A stretch of 64,000 nucleotides of DNA, taken from NCBI GenBank assembly GCA_039679675.1, contig JBDKUN010000059.1, positions 32,001 to 96,000 on the forward strand, given 5' to 3'. Every line of letters starts with the position of its first letter. Position 1 is the first letter of the stretch. Shown piece by piece: positions 9,805 to 18,981 of the stretch. The notes beneath the pieces were generated by a model. It was not told the origin of the DNA, made no database searches, and saw nothing but the letters and a program-made list of their open reading frames with translations. The translations under genes and the position numbers were made by a program. Source of the DNA: Armatimonadota bacterium (GTDB lineage Bacteria; Armatimonadota; UBA5829; DTLH01).

Positions 9805-11652
9805 TTACTCAGTCTTGAACTCTGCGTCGATTACTTCTTCGCCTTCACCGCCGCTTGTCTTCTGCTCCTGACTTGGGGCTTCTCCTCCCGGTGTCTGAGT
9901 ACCTGCATACTGCTGCGATGCCTGCTGATAAAGCCTTTCAGAAAGCTTGTAAGACTCCTGCTGCAGTTTTTCCGTAGCAGACTTTATCTTATCGGTATCA
10001 TCCGACTTGAGCGCTTCACGAAGCTCATTCATCGCTGTTTCGATAGACGATTTTTCGTCTGCCGGGACTTTGTCTCCGAGCTCTTTCAGGTTCTTATCGG
10101 TGAGATATATCAACTGCTCCGCTTGGTTGCGGGTTTCCGCAATGTCCTTTGCGCGCTGGTCTTCAGCAGCATGCGCTTCTGCGTCCCGTACCATCTGATC
10201 GATGTCACTCTTGTTTAGCCTCGTTGAGCCGGTGATCGTGATCGACTGGCTTCGGTTGGTTGCCAGGTCCTTAGCGGAGACATTCACCATACCGTTCGCA
10301 TCGATATCAAATGTTACTTCGATCTGCGGAATACCTCTAGGCGCCGGCGGAATCCCCGTAAGATGGAACCTGCCGAGACTCTTGTTGGCCTGGGCCATCT
10401 CGCGCTCGCCCTGAAGAACATGAATTTCGACTTCACTCTGTCCGTCAGCTGCGGTAGTGAATGTCTGGCTCTTTCTTGTCGGAATAGTCGTATTCCGGTC
10501 GATGAGCTTTGTCATAACTCCGCCCAGGGTCTCAACACCGAGTGAAAGCGGGGTTACGTCGAGAAGAACTACGTCCTTCACTTCGCCGCCCAGAACTCCA
10601 GCCTGGATTGCGGCCCCGACTGCAACTACTTCATCAGGGTTGACGCTCTTATTCGGTTCCTTGCCGTTCGAAAGCTTCCTGATAAGGTCTTGGATCATCG
10701 GCATTCTTGTAGAACCACCGACGAGGATGATCTCATCCAGGTCTTCCGTTTTGAGTTTTGCATCTTCGATTGCTCTGTTGAACGATGTAACACACCGTTC
10801 AGCAAGGTCGCGAGTAATATCTTCGAATTTCGCCCTGGTGAGATTGACATCCAGGTGTTTAGGGCCTTCTGCATCCGCTGTAATGAACGGCAGATTGATA
10901 TTAGTGCTGACAACAGATGAAAGCTCGATTTTGGCCTTCTCTGCTGCATCGCGAAGGCGCTGCAGAGCCTGGCGGTCCTTGCGAAGATCTATACCATGTG
11001 CACGCTTGAACTCGTCAGCGGCGTATTCGACGATCCTCTGGTCCCAGTCGTCACCACCCAGATGTGTGTCACCAGCAGTAGACTTTACTTCGAACACACC
11101 TTCGCCGACTTCAAGGACGGAGACATCAAAAGTTCCACCACCAAGGTCCCATACAAGGATAGTCTCGGAACTCTTTTTATCCAGTCCGTAAGCGAGAGAC
11201 GCTGCAGTCGGCTCGTTGATAATCCTCAGGACATTCAGCCCTGCGATCTCTCCGGCAGTCTTTGTGGCGGTTCTCTGCGCGTCGTTGAAATAAGCCGGAA
11301 CGGTAATGACCGCGCTTGTAACCGGCTCACCGAGATATGCCTCGGCATCGGTTTTCAGCTTTTGCAGTATCATCGCAGAGATTTCCTCAGGTGTATACTG
11401 CTTATCATCTATCTTCGTCTTGTGATCAGTCCCCATTTCGCGTTTGATCGATGCAATCGTGCGCTCAGGGTTCATAATAGCCTGGTTCTTGGCTGTTACT
11501 CCAACCAGACGCTCACCGGTCTTTGTAAAAGCGACGACTGAAGGAGTAAGCCTGCCGCCTTCTGCATTCGGTATAACAGTCGGCTCGCCGCCTTCCATAA
11601 CAGCAACCACCGAGTTGGTGGTCCCCAGATCGATTCCTACGGTTTTGGCCAC
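9805..11652 (-). CDS. dnaK: Chaperone DnaK (Hsp70)
   Basis: [17 protein letters not shown] and LVGGSTRMP motifs; C-terminal VIDAEF; AGGAGGT RBS. Confidence 0.98.
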   Translation of the reverse strand: MAKTVGIDLGTTNSVVAVMEGGEPTVIPNAEGGRLTPSVVAFTKTGERLVGVTAKNQAIMNPERTIASIKREMGTDHKTKIDDKQYTPEEISAMILQKLKTDAEAYLGEPVTSAVITVPAYFNDAQRTATKTAGEIAGLNVLRIINEPTAASLAYGLDKKSSETILVWDLGGGTFDVSVLEVGEGVFEVKSTAGDTHLGGDDWDQRIVEYAADEFKRAHGIDLRKDRQALQRLRDAAEKAKIELSSVVSTNINLPFITADAEGPKHLDVNLTRAKFEDITRDLAERCVTSFNRAIEDAKLKTEDLDEIILVGGSTRMPMIQDLIRKLSNGKEPNKSVNPDEVVAVGAAIQAGVLGGEVKDVVLLDVTPLSLGVETLGGVMTKLIDRNTTIPTRKSQTFTTAADGQSEVEIHVLQGEREMAQANKSLGRFHLTGIPPAPRGIPQIEVTFDIDANGMVNVSAKDLATNRSQSITITGSTRLNKSDIDQMVRDAEAHAAEDQRAKDIAETRNQAEQLIYLTDKNLKELGDKVPADEKSSIETAMNELREALKSDDTDKIKSATEKLQQESYKLSERLYQQASQQYAGTQTPGGEAPSQEQKTSGGEGEEVIDAEFKTE

Positions 11653-11733
11653 TTAAATCCACCTCCTGGACCTATCGTTACCCATAAAGCTTATGAGAGT
11701 AAATCTATTGCATTATACCCTCAGTCAATGATA

Positions 11734-11763
11734 TATATACCACTTGAGTGTATTATTGTCAAG
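11734..11763 (-). promoter_or_regulatory. dnaK sigma70 promoter with overlapping HAIR-like (HspR) operator
   Basis: Minus strand TTGACA-N17-TATATA; CTTGAGT-N7-TGTCAAG at 11743..11763 versus HAIR consensus CTTGAGT-N7-ACTCAAG. Confidence 0.75.
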
Positions 11764-11795
11764 TAATATTTTAACATTTTTTATAAGCGCAAAGC

Positions 11796-11825
11796 TTGAC
11801 ACGTCTCAGATTGAATAGGTATAAT
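11796..11825 (+). promoter_or_regulatory. Consensus sigma70 promoter of the small ORF
   Basis: TTGACA-N18-TATAAT. Confidence 0.7.
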
Positions 11826-11855
11826 GCCAACAGACACCATAGGAGGTGAACAACC

Positions 11856-11963
11856 CTGAGGATCAGATCTAAAGAACTTAATAAAACAAGAAAGCGCACT
11901 GAAGAGCGGCACAAAGAGCGGATTCTGGTCGCAAAAGAGCAATCTAAAAAGCGCCAGAAGTAG
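11856..11963 (+). CDS. Small basic protein, 35 aa, CTG start (MRIRSKELNKTRKRTEERHKERILVAKEQSKKRQK); not in the ORF track
   Basis: AGGAGGTGA RBS 6 nt before CTG; promoter upstream; terminator downstream. Confidence 0.65.
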   Translation: MRIRSKELNKTRKRTEERHKERILVAKEQSKKRQK

Positions 11964-11991
11964 CTCAAACGCGTAAACGCGGATATATTTT

Positions 11992-12020
11992 AGGCCCATC
12001 GTTTATAACGGTGGGCCTTT
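11992..12020 (+). terminator. Rho-independent terminator
   Basis: aggcccatcgtt-tat-aacggtgggcct followed by T residues. Confidence 0.75.
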
Positions 12021-12141
12021 GCTTGTACAAAGCCTCCGATATTTCACCAAACCATATACCGCAAATCCTCAAATCCGGCTCACTGATATAACTTTAGGGT
12101 AAGAACACAATAAACTATCAAGCATCAGGGAGAAACACAAT

Positions 12142-12822
12142 ATGCGGAAGTTTTACCATGAGAATAGCCTTTCAATTATCACTTTCGCAATATTTTTCTT
12201 GCTTTGGGCTGCAATGGGAATAGCTGGATTCTTTAGCTATAACAATGAGCAGTTGGAACAAGGGCAGTCGACAGCTTCCTTTATATCTTACTTCACTACA
12301 GGACACTTCTGGGAAGCAACTTTCGAAAACTGGGAAAGCGAATTCCTCCAGATGGGCTTCTTCGTGATTCTGACTGCATTTCTCTACCAGAAAGGATCAG
12401 CGGAATCAAAAACAAAAGAAGAACATGAAGAAGAACAGCAAGAAGAGGAAAACGAGGAGAAAGGAGAAGGAGAAAGTAAAGACGCCCCACCCTGGCCAGT
12501 CAGGCGCGGCGGGTTCATACGGAAACTCTATGAGAACTCACTCAGTATCACACTGCTCTTGATATTCGTTTTATGCTTTATATTCCACGCATTTTCAGGG
12601 GTGAGGAATTATAACGCAGAGCAAGCATATTTCGGCCAACCGCCTATTACGATATGGAAATTCTTCATAACATCGGATTTCTGGTTCCAGTCATTTCAAA
12701 ACTGGCAAAGCGAATTTCTCGCTGTAGGTGCAATGGTCGTCTTGACTATATTTTTACGACAAAAGGGCTCTGCTGAATCAAAAAGTGTTGGTGCACCATC
12801 GGGTAAAACCGGAGAAAGCTAA
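12142..12822 (+). CDS. DUF6766-like membrane protein with internal duplication
   Basis: Twice-repeated ENSLSI...(E/Q)NW(E/Q)SEFL...QKGSAESK. Confidence 0.75.
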   Translation: MRKFYHENSLSIITFAIFFLLWAAMGIAGFFSYNNEQLEQGQSTASFISYFTTGHFWEATFENWESEFLQMGFFVILTAFLYQKGSAESKTKEEHEEEQQEEENEEKGEGESKDAPPWPVRRGGFIRKLYENSLSITLLLIFVLCFIFHAFSGVRNYNAEQAYFGQPPITIWKFFITSDFWFQSFQNWQSEFLAVGAMVVLTIFLRQKGSAESKSVGAPSGKTGES

Positions 12823-12848
12823 ACTGAAAAGATGTGAGGCATAGACCC

Positions 12849-13481
12849 TCAATCCTTCAGCCCTTTCTTTATCTCTATTACTCTTCTTCGCGCGGCGGCG
12901 ATGTCTGAGATTAGTGATGTGCGTGTTTTCTCGTATGTTTCGCCGTCCTGCCTTAAGATATAAGCCGGGTGAAGCGCAGCAATGGCGTAGCGGGCATATT
13001 TACTCTCGAAAAACCTGCCGCGCTCCTGCGTCATCTTGAAGTCTTTGTGGATGATCGTATTAGCTGACGGAGCACCCAGACAAAGGACCACAAGCGGTTT
13101 GATTATCTCCAATTGTCGTTCCAACCAAGGAAGACATGCGGCAACTTCACCGATTCGGGGAGGTCGATTTTTCACGCGGCCATTCTCTGTGATGCATGCA
13201 CGGCACTTGATAACATTTGCTATGAATATATGCTTTCTGGTGAGTCCGCATTCCCGAAGTGCCTGATCCAGCAGCGTACCTGCCCTGCCGACAAATGGAC
13301 GTCCAGTCGCATCTTCGTTCTCTCCAGGGCCTTCACCGACTATCACGAGCGGAGTATCAGGGTTTCCTTCGCCGAATACCACATTTGACCTAGTCTCACA
13401 CAGCTCGCAGTTTCGACAGGCCAGTACTTCCTGCTGCAGTTTCTCTATTTCAGCCGATATCGAAGAGTTTCTTTCTTTCAT
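12849..13481 (-). CDS. Uracil-DNA glycosylase family 4 (Fe-S)
   Basis: CxxC, VGEGPG, GRPFVG, NVIKCR and HPAYILR motifs. Confidence 0.9.
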   Translation of the reverse strand: MKERNSSISAEIEKLQQEVLACRNCELCETRSNVVFGEGNPDTPLVIVGEGPGENEDATGRPFVGRAGTLLDQALRECGLTRKHIFIANVIKCRACITENGRVKNRPPRIGEVAACLPWLERQLEIIKPLVVLCLGAPSANTIIHKDFKMTQERGRFFESKYARYAIAALHPAYILRQDGETYEKTRTSLISDIAAARRRVIEIKKGLKD

Positions 13482-13487
13482 TGGCTT

Positions 13488-13979
13488 TTAGCTCCCGATC
13501 AGTTTGGAAATTGCCTCGGATATTTGGTCAAATGTGTTCGATAAAGCCTGCGGCATAACCTTCGTATCGGCTATTACCGGCATAAAATTGGTATCGCCGT
13601 TCCATCTAGGAACAATATGCACATGGATATGGTCTGCAATCCCAGCCCCTGCTGTTTTTCCCATATTGATACCGATGTTGTAGCCATCCGGCGAGAACGC
13701 TTTCGCGAGCGCCTGCTTGCCAAGGCTTACCAGATGCATGATGGAAAGCAGTTCATCATCGGTAAGATCTGATATATCGGCAACATGCCTGTAAGGAGCC
13801 ACCATCAGGTGTCCGTTATTGTAGGGATAGGCATTCAGCATAAGAAGGGCTTGGTCTCCGCGATGCAGAATATAGTTTTCCTTGTCTTTTTCCTGCTTCG
13901 GCTTATCGCAGAAAATACAGCCATCTTCTTTCTCAGCCGATATATACTGCACTCGCCAAGGTGCCCAGATCCGTTCCAT
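13488..13979 (-). CDS. HIT family hydrolase (Ap4A phosphorylase-like)
   Basis: WAPWR, CIFC, NAYPYNNGHLMV, HIHVHIVPRW. Confidence 0.92.
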   Translation of the reverse strand: MERIWAPWRVQYISAEKEDGCIFCDKPKQEKDKENYILHRGDQALLMLNAYPYNNGHLMVAPYRHVADISDLTDDELLSIMHLVSLGKQALAKAFSPDGYNIGINMGKTAGAGIADHIHVHIVPRWNGDTNFMPVIADTKVMPQALSNTFDQISEAISKLIGS

Positions 13980-14253
13980 ATAAACCCTCACATCATCAAA
14001 TAATATTATACTTTAGCGCATTGCAACGGCACGGTCAATTGTCGAGCAGCCAATATTACTGTTATAATAGTTGTGCCTGCTTTATCAGTCGGAACAAAGT
14101 TGCCGAATGTGTAGTCTAGCGTATTAGAGCTGTCTTTTATCTCTTGCCGCCATTTTATGTACATATGATGACGGCATTCCGTATATGCATATTATTGTAT
14201 TAATCAATGTAATAACAATAAAATAAGGAATATAATTAGGAGTAGGTGTTTCG

Positions 14254-15192
14254 ATGAAGATATGTCCAGTATGCGGTGCTAAAAACAACCGTCATAGTTT
14301 GATATGCGGTAATTGTGGAGCATCGTTCGAGTCTGTCCCAGAACAGCAGGAACCAGTCGAAGAAACTTCTGAACCTGAGGCTGTTACTCCCTACAAACCA
14401 CCTGTAGGTGGCCCCGATATGGTAACAGCATACCACCCACCGGTAGGCGGTCCCGCTTCTGTCGATGACGGTACATTGCAAGCACGCAAACCGCTTGGAG
14501 GAGAACCCCAGGGGAGTAATGAGCCTCTTACAATGGTTGGACAGCCTTTAAATGCCAGCAAGGCCCAGGCCAGTGGCGGCCCGCAGACCGATCCTTATGG
14601 CACGGTTACTGCTCCGCGTAAGCTCAAGTACCGAGAAAGTGCTGATCTGGCTCCTGTAAAGTCTAACGCGCTGGCATCGACTATCAGTTCGATTATCATG
14701 CTCCTTATTTTTCTTGCCGTAGGATGGTATTGTTACCAGAGATTTGTGGCAAAGCCTCGTCCTGTGCTTGAAGCTACACGCAGTTTTATCGATGCAGGTG
14801 TCGCAGGCAACTGGCAAGCAATGCAGAGCACAGTGGACCAGAATTCAGCTATTCTTTTGGCTAAAGTCTACAAGAACATGACGATCCGCAAGACCCCTGC
14901 CGGAATTGATTTCTTTGGCACCCAGGGACAGGAATTTACTGAGGGCAAGCAATATGAGCTGAAAGTCGTGACCTTGACAGAAACATCTGCGAAGGTTTTG
15001 ATAAGCCCTGGCGATGCTTCTATCTCGACATTCAAGGCTGGTCAACTCCCACCAAACTTCAAAGACGGCTTCTTTGTCAACCTGACAAAAGTAAATGGCC
15101 AGTGGAAAATAAACCTTGTCCAGTTCGTAGTGGATCTGGCTTCTTGCGGCTATCCTTATGACGGCATGGCCAGATATTTCGTGTCTCGCTAA
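14254..15192 (+). CDS. Zinc-ribbon / Pro-rich / single-TM protein with NTF2/DUF4878-like extracytoplasmic domain (paralog 1)
   Basis: CPVCGAKN..ICGNCG, Pro-rich linker, TM helix, LTKVNGQWKI; AGGAG RBS. Confidence 0.75.
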   Translation: MKICPVCGAKNNRHSLICGNCGASFESVPEQQEPVEETSEPEAVTPYKPPVGGPDMVTAYHPPVGGPASVDDGTLQARKPLGGEPQGSNEPLTMVGQPLNASKAQASGGPQTDPYGTVTAPRKLKYRESADLAPVKSNALASTISSIIMLLIFLAVGWYCYQRFVAKPRPVLEATRSFIDAGVAGNWQAMQSTVDQNSAILLAKVYKNMTIRKTPAGIDFFGTQGQEFTEGKQYELKVVTLTETSAKVLISPGDASISTFKAGQLPPNFKDGFFVNLTKVNGQWKINLVQFVVDLASCGYPYDGMARYFVSR

Positions 15193-15231
15193 CTCATCGC
15201 TAAATATCCATATTGAAGCGATTGTAATATC

Positions 15232-15263
15232 ATCGCCGGGATTATTTATTTAATCCCGGCGAT
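15232..15263 (+). terminator. Hairpin, probable terminator
   Basis: atcgccgggatta...taatcccggcgat perfect stem. Confidence 0.6.
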
Positions 15264-15285
15264 TCCATTGTCTTCTGAATGCCTC

Positions 15286-15314
15286 TTGACTACCTGCCAC
15301 ATATCGGTCATAAT
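15286..15314 (+). promoter_or_regulatory. Sigma70-type promoter, conserved with the copy at 32803..32831
   Basis: TTGACT-N17-CATAAT. Confidence 0.6.
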
Positions 15315-15401
15315 TCTTCTTGCGTCAATGTATTCTATGACTGCATCGGGTAAATACCGTCCGGCGCAGCGTCGAATGTATGCTAAAGGAGAATATCAGC
15401 C

Positions 15402-16334
15402 ATGAAGAAGTGTCCGAAATGCGGGGCCGATAACAAACCTGATAGTTCAGCTTGTTATAACTGCTTTGCACCACTTGCAGATGTTCAACCTACCGTAACT
15501 TCTGGCCCCCTAAACGCTCAACCCCTGACCGGTCCTGAAACGACTCAGCCGATGCAGCCTGAACAGTCTGAACAACAGGCAGAACCTGCCCCACTAACAG
15601 GCAGCGACGATTATACACCTCGTTCATCGGGTCCTTTGACAGGTCCCTTGACCGGCCCACCGACCGGCCAGCCAGCACAGGAGGAAAACCAGCAAACAGT
15701 AGTTGGACAGCCGCTTGGAGGGCAACAGCAACCGCCGAGCCCATATGGGCCTCCTCCTCAGCAGCGATATCACCGGCATGAAGAGTCCGTAATGACTGAG
15801 CCGGTGAAAAGCTCCGGCCCCGGAGCGATAATCGCTGTTGTACTGATTCTTGCGATTATCGGAGGAGCATTTGCATATTGGAAATTCGTTGTTCAGGCAA
15901 ACGCACCGATCAATGTAGTCCGGAAGTTTATGGTAGCTGCTAAGAAATCCGACGTAAATGAGATGAATAAGTATATTTGCGCCAGTAACAAGAGCTTACC
16001 GGGCTTTGAGCAAAACTTTGCCAGCGGCTATTCTCGAGGTATGGATTTATCTGGGGGGAATAAGGAATCTATAGAAGGCAAGCAATATGTACTGGTTCAG
16101 GGCCCAATAGAAGGCACAACCGCAACCGTATATATTAAGCCCGGGCCTGACAGTAATTCCGGGCCTGTTCCCGCCGGTTTTGAAAAAGGATTACCGCTGG
16201 TATTGGTAAAAGAAGAAGGAAAATGGAAGCTGGATTTCATCCAGACAATCCAAAAGATGATTGGTCCCGGCTTAATGCGGCAATTACAGCAACAAGGCGG
16301 ACGAAATTCTTTTGGCGGTTCATTTCCAAAGTAG
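15402..16334 (+). CDS. Zinc-ribbon / Pro-Gln-rich / single-TM protein with DUF4878-like domain (paralog 2)
   Basis: CPKCGADN..ACYNCF, GPLT repeats, TM helix, LVKEEGKWKL. Confidence 0.78.
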   Translation: MKKCPKCGADNKPDSSACYNCFAPLADVQPTVTSGPLNAQPLTGPETTQPMQPEQSEQQAEPAPLTGSDDYTPRSSGPLTGPLTGPPTGQPAQEENQQTVVGQPLGGQQQPPSPYGPPPQQRYHRHEESVMTEPVKSSGPGAIIAVVLILAIIGGAFAYWKFVVQANAPINVVRKFMVAAKKSDVNEMNKYICASNKSLPGFEQNFASGYSRGMDLSGGNKESIEGKQYVLVQGPIEGTTATVYIKPGPDSNSGPVPAGFEKGLPLVLVKEEGKWKLDFIQTIQKMIGPGLMRQLQQQGGRNSFGGSFPK

Positions 16335-16384
16335 TAATAACCTCCCGATTTGTTAGTACTACCGGCTTCATTAACGTAATATTA

Positions 16385-16410
16385 AAGCCCCCGCATCAGA
16401 CGGGGGCTTT
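16385..16410 (+). terminator. Terminator
   Basis: aaagcccccg...cgggggcttt. Confidence 0.7.
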
Positions 16411-16547
16411 ACAGATATATTTCCCCGCTAACAACCATAATCTCAGAACAACAACAAACAGGCAGGCTTTTTTGACTCCACTATCCGGTGTGTCGTAGAA
16501 TACATAAGGCAAACGATACGAAAAGATGAACTGCAGGAGGTAATTCG

Positions 16548-17588
16548 TTGTCTTTGATGTTGGATGAGATCCGAAGCCAGCCGGAAGTAATTAAAGCCCT
16601 GGTATCTTCGGAGAGGGATAATATTAGGTCGCTTGCAAAAGAAATCAATGACCGAGGTGTAAACTTCAGCCTTATAGCTGCTCGTGGAACATCCGACAAT
16701 GCAGCTACCTATGCAAAATACATGCTGGGGATAATAGCCGGTATGCCTGTAGGACTGGCAGCACCGTCTATATTTACGCTTTACGGCGCGCATCCACGGC
16801 TCGATCACTCGCTGGTCATAGGTGTCTCCCAGTCCGGACAGGCTGCGGACGTAATAGAGTATTTGGAAAACTCAAAGAAGTGTGGAGCACTCACAGCTTG
16901 TGTTACTAATGAGGAAGACTCTCCGATAACAAAAACCGCCGATTTCACCATGCTCTGCCACGCAGGGCCGGAAAAAAGTGTTGCAGCAACGAAGACTTAT
17001 ACATCAACTCTAGCAGACTTTGCTATGCTCAGTTTCATGCTTGGGAAGAGAGATGATCTCCTGGCATCACTCGCCGGAATTGGAGACAAAATCGAACAGG
17101 TTATCAACTCCCTCGAAGATGTAATAGCCCGGCGCGCGGAGCGTTACCGTTATATGAACGAATGCTTCGTCCTGGCGAGAGGCATCAACTACGCAACGGC
17201 TTTCGAAGGTGCCCTGAAGCTTGCCGAAACCTGCTATGTTAACGCCGAGCGGTTCTCTTCGGCTGATTTCATGCACGGTCCGATTGCTATGATCAATGAG
17301 GATATTCCGTGCTTCCTTTATGCTCCGACAGGTGCGGCGTTCGATTCTATGATGGGCGCAGCGCGTAAGCTGAAGGAAAGAAATGCGGAGCTGATTGTCG
17401 TATCGGATAACGATGAGATCCTTTCGATGGCTACAACGCCGTTCAAGATACCGTTTACGGTTGAAGAGGAGCTGTCGCCGATTGTTTATATAGTGGTAGG
17501 ACAACTGTTTGCTCAGTACCTCGCGACTGCTAAAAAGCATGACCCGGACCATCCGCGAGGGCTGTCAAAAGTGACGATAACGAGGTAA
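16548..17588 (+). CDS. Double-SIS sugar-phosphate isomerase/deaminase (GlmS C-terminal-like)
   Basis: ARGTSDNA, SQSG, VAATKTY, HGP and PRGLSKVT motifs; no glutaminase domain. Confidence 0.88.
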   Translation: MSLMLDEIRSQPEVIKALVSSERDNIRSLAKEINDRGVNFSLIAARGTSDNAATYAKYMLGIIAGMPVGLAAPSIFTLYGAHPRLDHSLVIGVSQSGQAADVIEYLENSKKCGALTACVTNEEDSPITKTADFTMLCHAGPEKSVAATKTYTSTLADFAMLSFMLGKRDDLLASLAGIGDKIEQVINSLEDVIARRAERYRYMNECFVLARGINYATAFEGALKLAETCYVNAERFSSADFMHGPIAMINEDIPCFLYAPTGAAFDSMMGAARKLKERNAELIVVSDNDEILSMATTPFKIPFTVEEELSPIVYIVVGQLFAQYLATAKKHDPDHPRGLSKVTITR

Positions 17589-17596
17589 ATTGAATC

Positions 17597-18721
17597 ATGA
17601 TAAATCAGGAAAGGCTGGTAAGCACGTTTCTGGACTTGGTGAAGATCGACAGCCTGTCCAAAAACGAGCGCAAAGTAGCTGATTACCTTCGTCCCAAGCT
17701 CGAAGCGTTGGGTTTTGAGGTTAAAGAAGACGATGCCGGATCGAAGATAAACGGGAATTCGGGCAACCTGATCGCTACGAAGATCGGAGGGCTCGAAAAA
17801 GGCCCAAGGCTGTTCTTCTCCGCTCATATGGACACAGTGGAGTCCAACGCAGGGTTCGAGCCGATAATCACCGATGGAGTTATCCATACCGACGGAAATA
17901 CGATACTGGGAGCCGACGACAAAGCTGGAATCGCTGCAATACTTGAGGCAGTTAACGCAGCAATCGAGGACAAGATCCCATTCCGCAGCCTGCAGGTTCT
18001 ATACTCAATTTCAGAGGAGATAGGCCTTTTCGGTGCGACGTATACAGACCCTGCCGATATCTTGCCTGATTCAATAGGTTATGTATTCGATACCGAGAAA
18101 CCGGTAGGCGGAATTGTTGTATCAGCCCCCTCGCATGCAACGGTCAATGTAAAAGTAAAAGGGAAGGCAGCCCATGCCGGAATCCATCCTGAAAATGGAA
18201 TCAGCGCGATAGTTGCAGCGAGCAAGGCTATTTCCAAGATGAAGCTTGGCAGGGTAGACCCGGAAACCACTGCGAACATCGGTATAATCGAGGGCGGGAA
18301 AGCAAGAAACATCGTTCCTGATGAGGTGTATGTCAAGGCTGAAGCACGAAGCCGGAATGAGGAGAAACTTGCTGTCCAGATAGATCATATGACAAAGGTA
18401 TTCGAAGACGCAGCGAGTGAGATGGGCGCAAACGCCGGAGTGGATGTACAGCGCGAGTATGTTACCTACCGCTGGAATGAAGAAGATGAACCGATCAAGC
18501 TTGCAAAGCGCGCAGCGGAAGTTCTTGGAATGAAACCTGAATATATTCAGGGTGGCGGCGGAAGCGATGCGAATATCTTCAATGCAAAGGGTATACCTGC
18601 AGTCGTCATAGGCTGCGGCTACGAAGGCGCTCACTCCAGGCAGGAAAAAGTGGCTATCGCCGATCTGAAAAAAGCAGCCGAATACGCACTGTCGCTGATC
18701 AAGGTTAGCGGCGAAAAGTAG
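17597..18721 (+). CDS. M20 family peptidase (peptidase T-like)
   Basis: AHMDTV, GADDKAG, SEE, GGSDAN and H-S-E motifs. Confidence 0.9.
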   Translation: MINQERLVSTFLDLVKIDSLSKNERKVADYLRPKLEALGFEVKEDDAGSKINGNSGNLIATKIGGLEKGPRLFFSAHMDTVESNAGFEPIITDGVIHTDGNTILGADDKAGIAAILEAVNAAIEDKIPFRSLQVLYSISEEIGLFGATYTDPADILPDSIGYVFDTEKPVGGIVVSAPSHATVNVKVKGKAAHAGIHPENGISAIVAASKAISKMKLGRVDPETTANIGIIEGGKARNIVPDEVYVKAEARSRNEEKLAVQIDHMTKVFEDAASEMGANAGVDVQREYVTYRWNEEDEPIKLAKRAAEVLGMKPEYIQGGGGSDANIFNAKGIPAVVIGCGYEGAHSRQEKVAIADLKKAAEYALSLIKVSGEK

Positions 18722-18727
18722 CAGTTA

Positions 18728-18951
18728 ATCCCGAAAGCACGAAATAATAAAAAGGGAACATGTGACAGGGAACAGGGGATAGAATCACGTCACCCTGAAC
18801 TTGATTCAGGGTCCATTTTCTTCCTGGATGCCGAGTCAAGCTCGGAATGACGTTGTGGTAGTCCAAATGACATACCTTATGCTTCGGGATCGCTTTTCGC
18901 CCCGAAGCACGACATCCACTAATTCCTTTCTCCCTTTCGGGCTTTCGTGAT
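18728..18951. repeat. Composite REP/MITE-like intergenic element
   Basis: Imperfect 17-bp terminal inverted repeats (atcccgaaagcacgaaa / tttcgggctttcgtgat) enclose the palindromes gtcaccctgaacttgattcagggtc, gccgagtcaagctcggaatgac and atgcttcggg..cccgaagca. Confidence 0.6.
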
Positions 18952-18981
18952 AAAAAACTTTTCGTAAGCGTAAAATATCTG

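Noticed and set aside
10457..11191. Long antisense ORFs (this one; also 48394..49395, 52840..53448, 35482..36000)
   Set aside because: They are shadows of well-conserved genes on the opposite strand and show no motifs.
12849..13481. UdgX (covalent uracil-binding) assignment because of the insertion after NVIKC
   Set aside because: The loop reads RACITENGRVKNRPP and lacks the KRRIH motif with the catalytic His; kept as family 4 UDG.
15337..15380. c-di-GMP-I riboswitch (GGTAAA...GCGCA resemblance)
   Set aside because: Lacks the GNRA tetraloop/receptor and second stem; kept only as an unassigned conserved leader.
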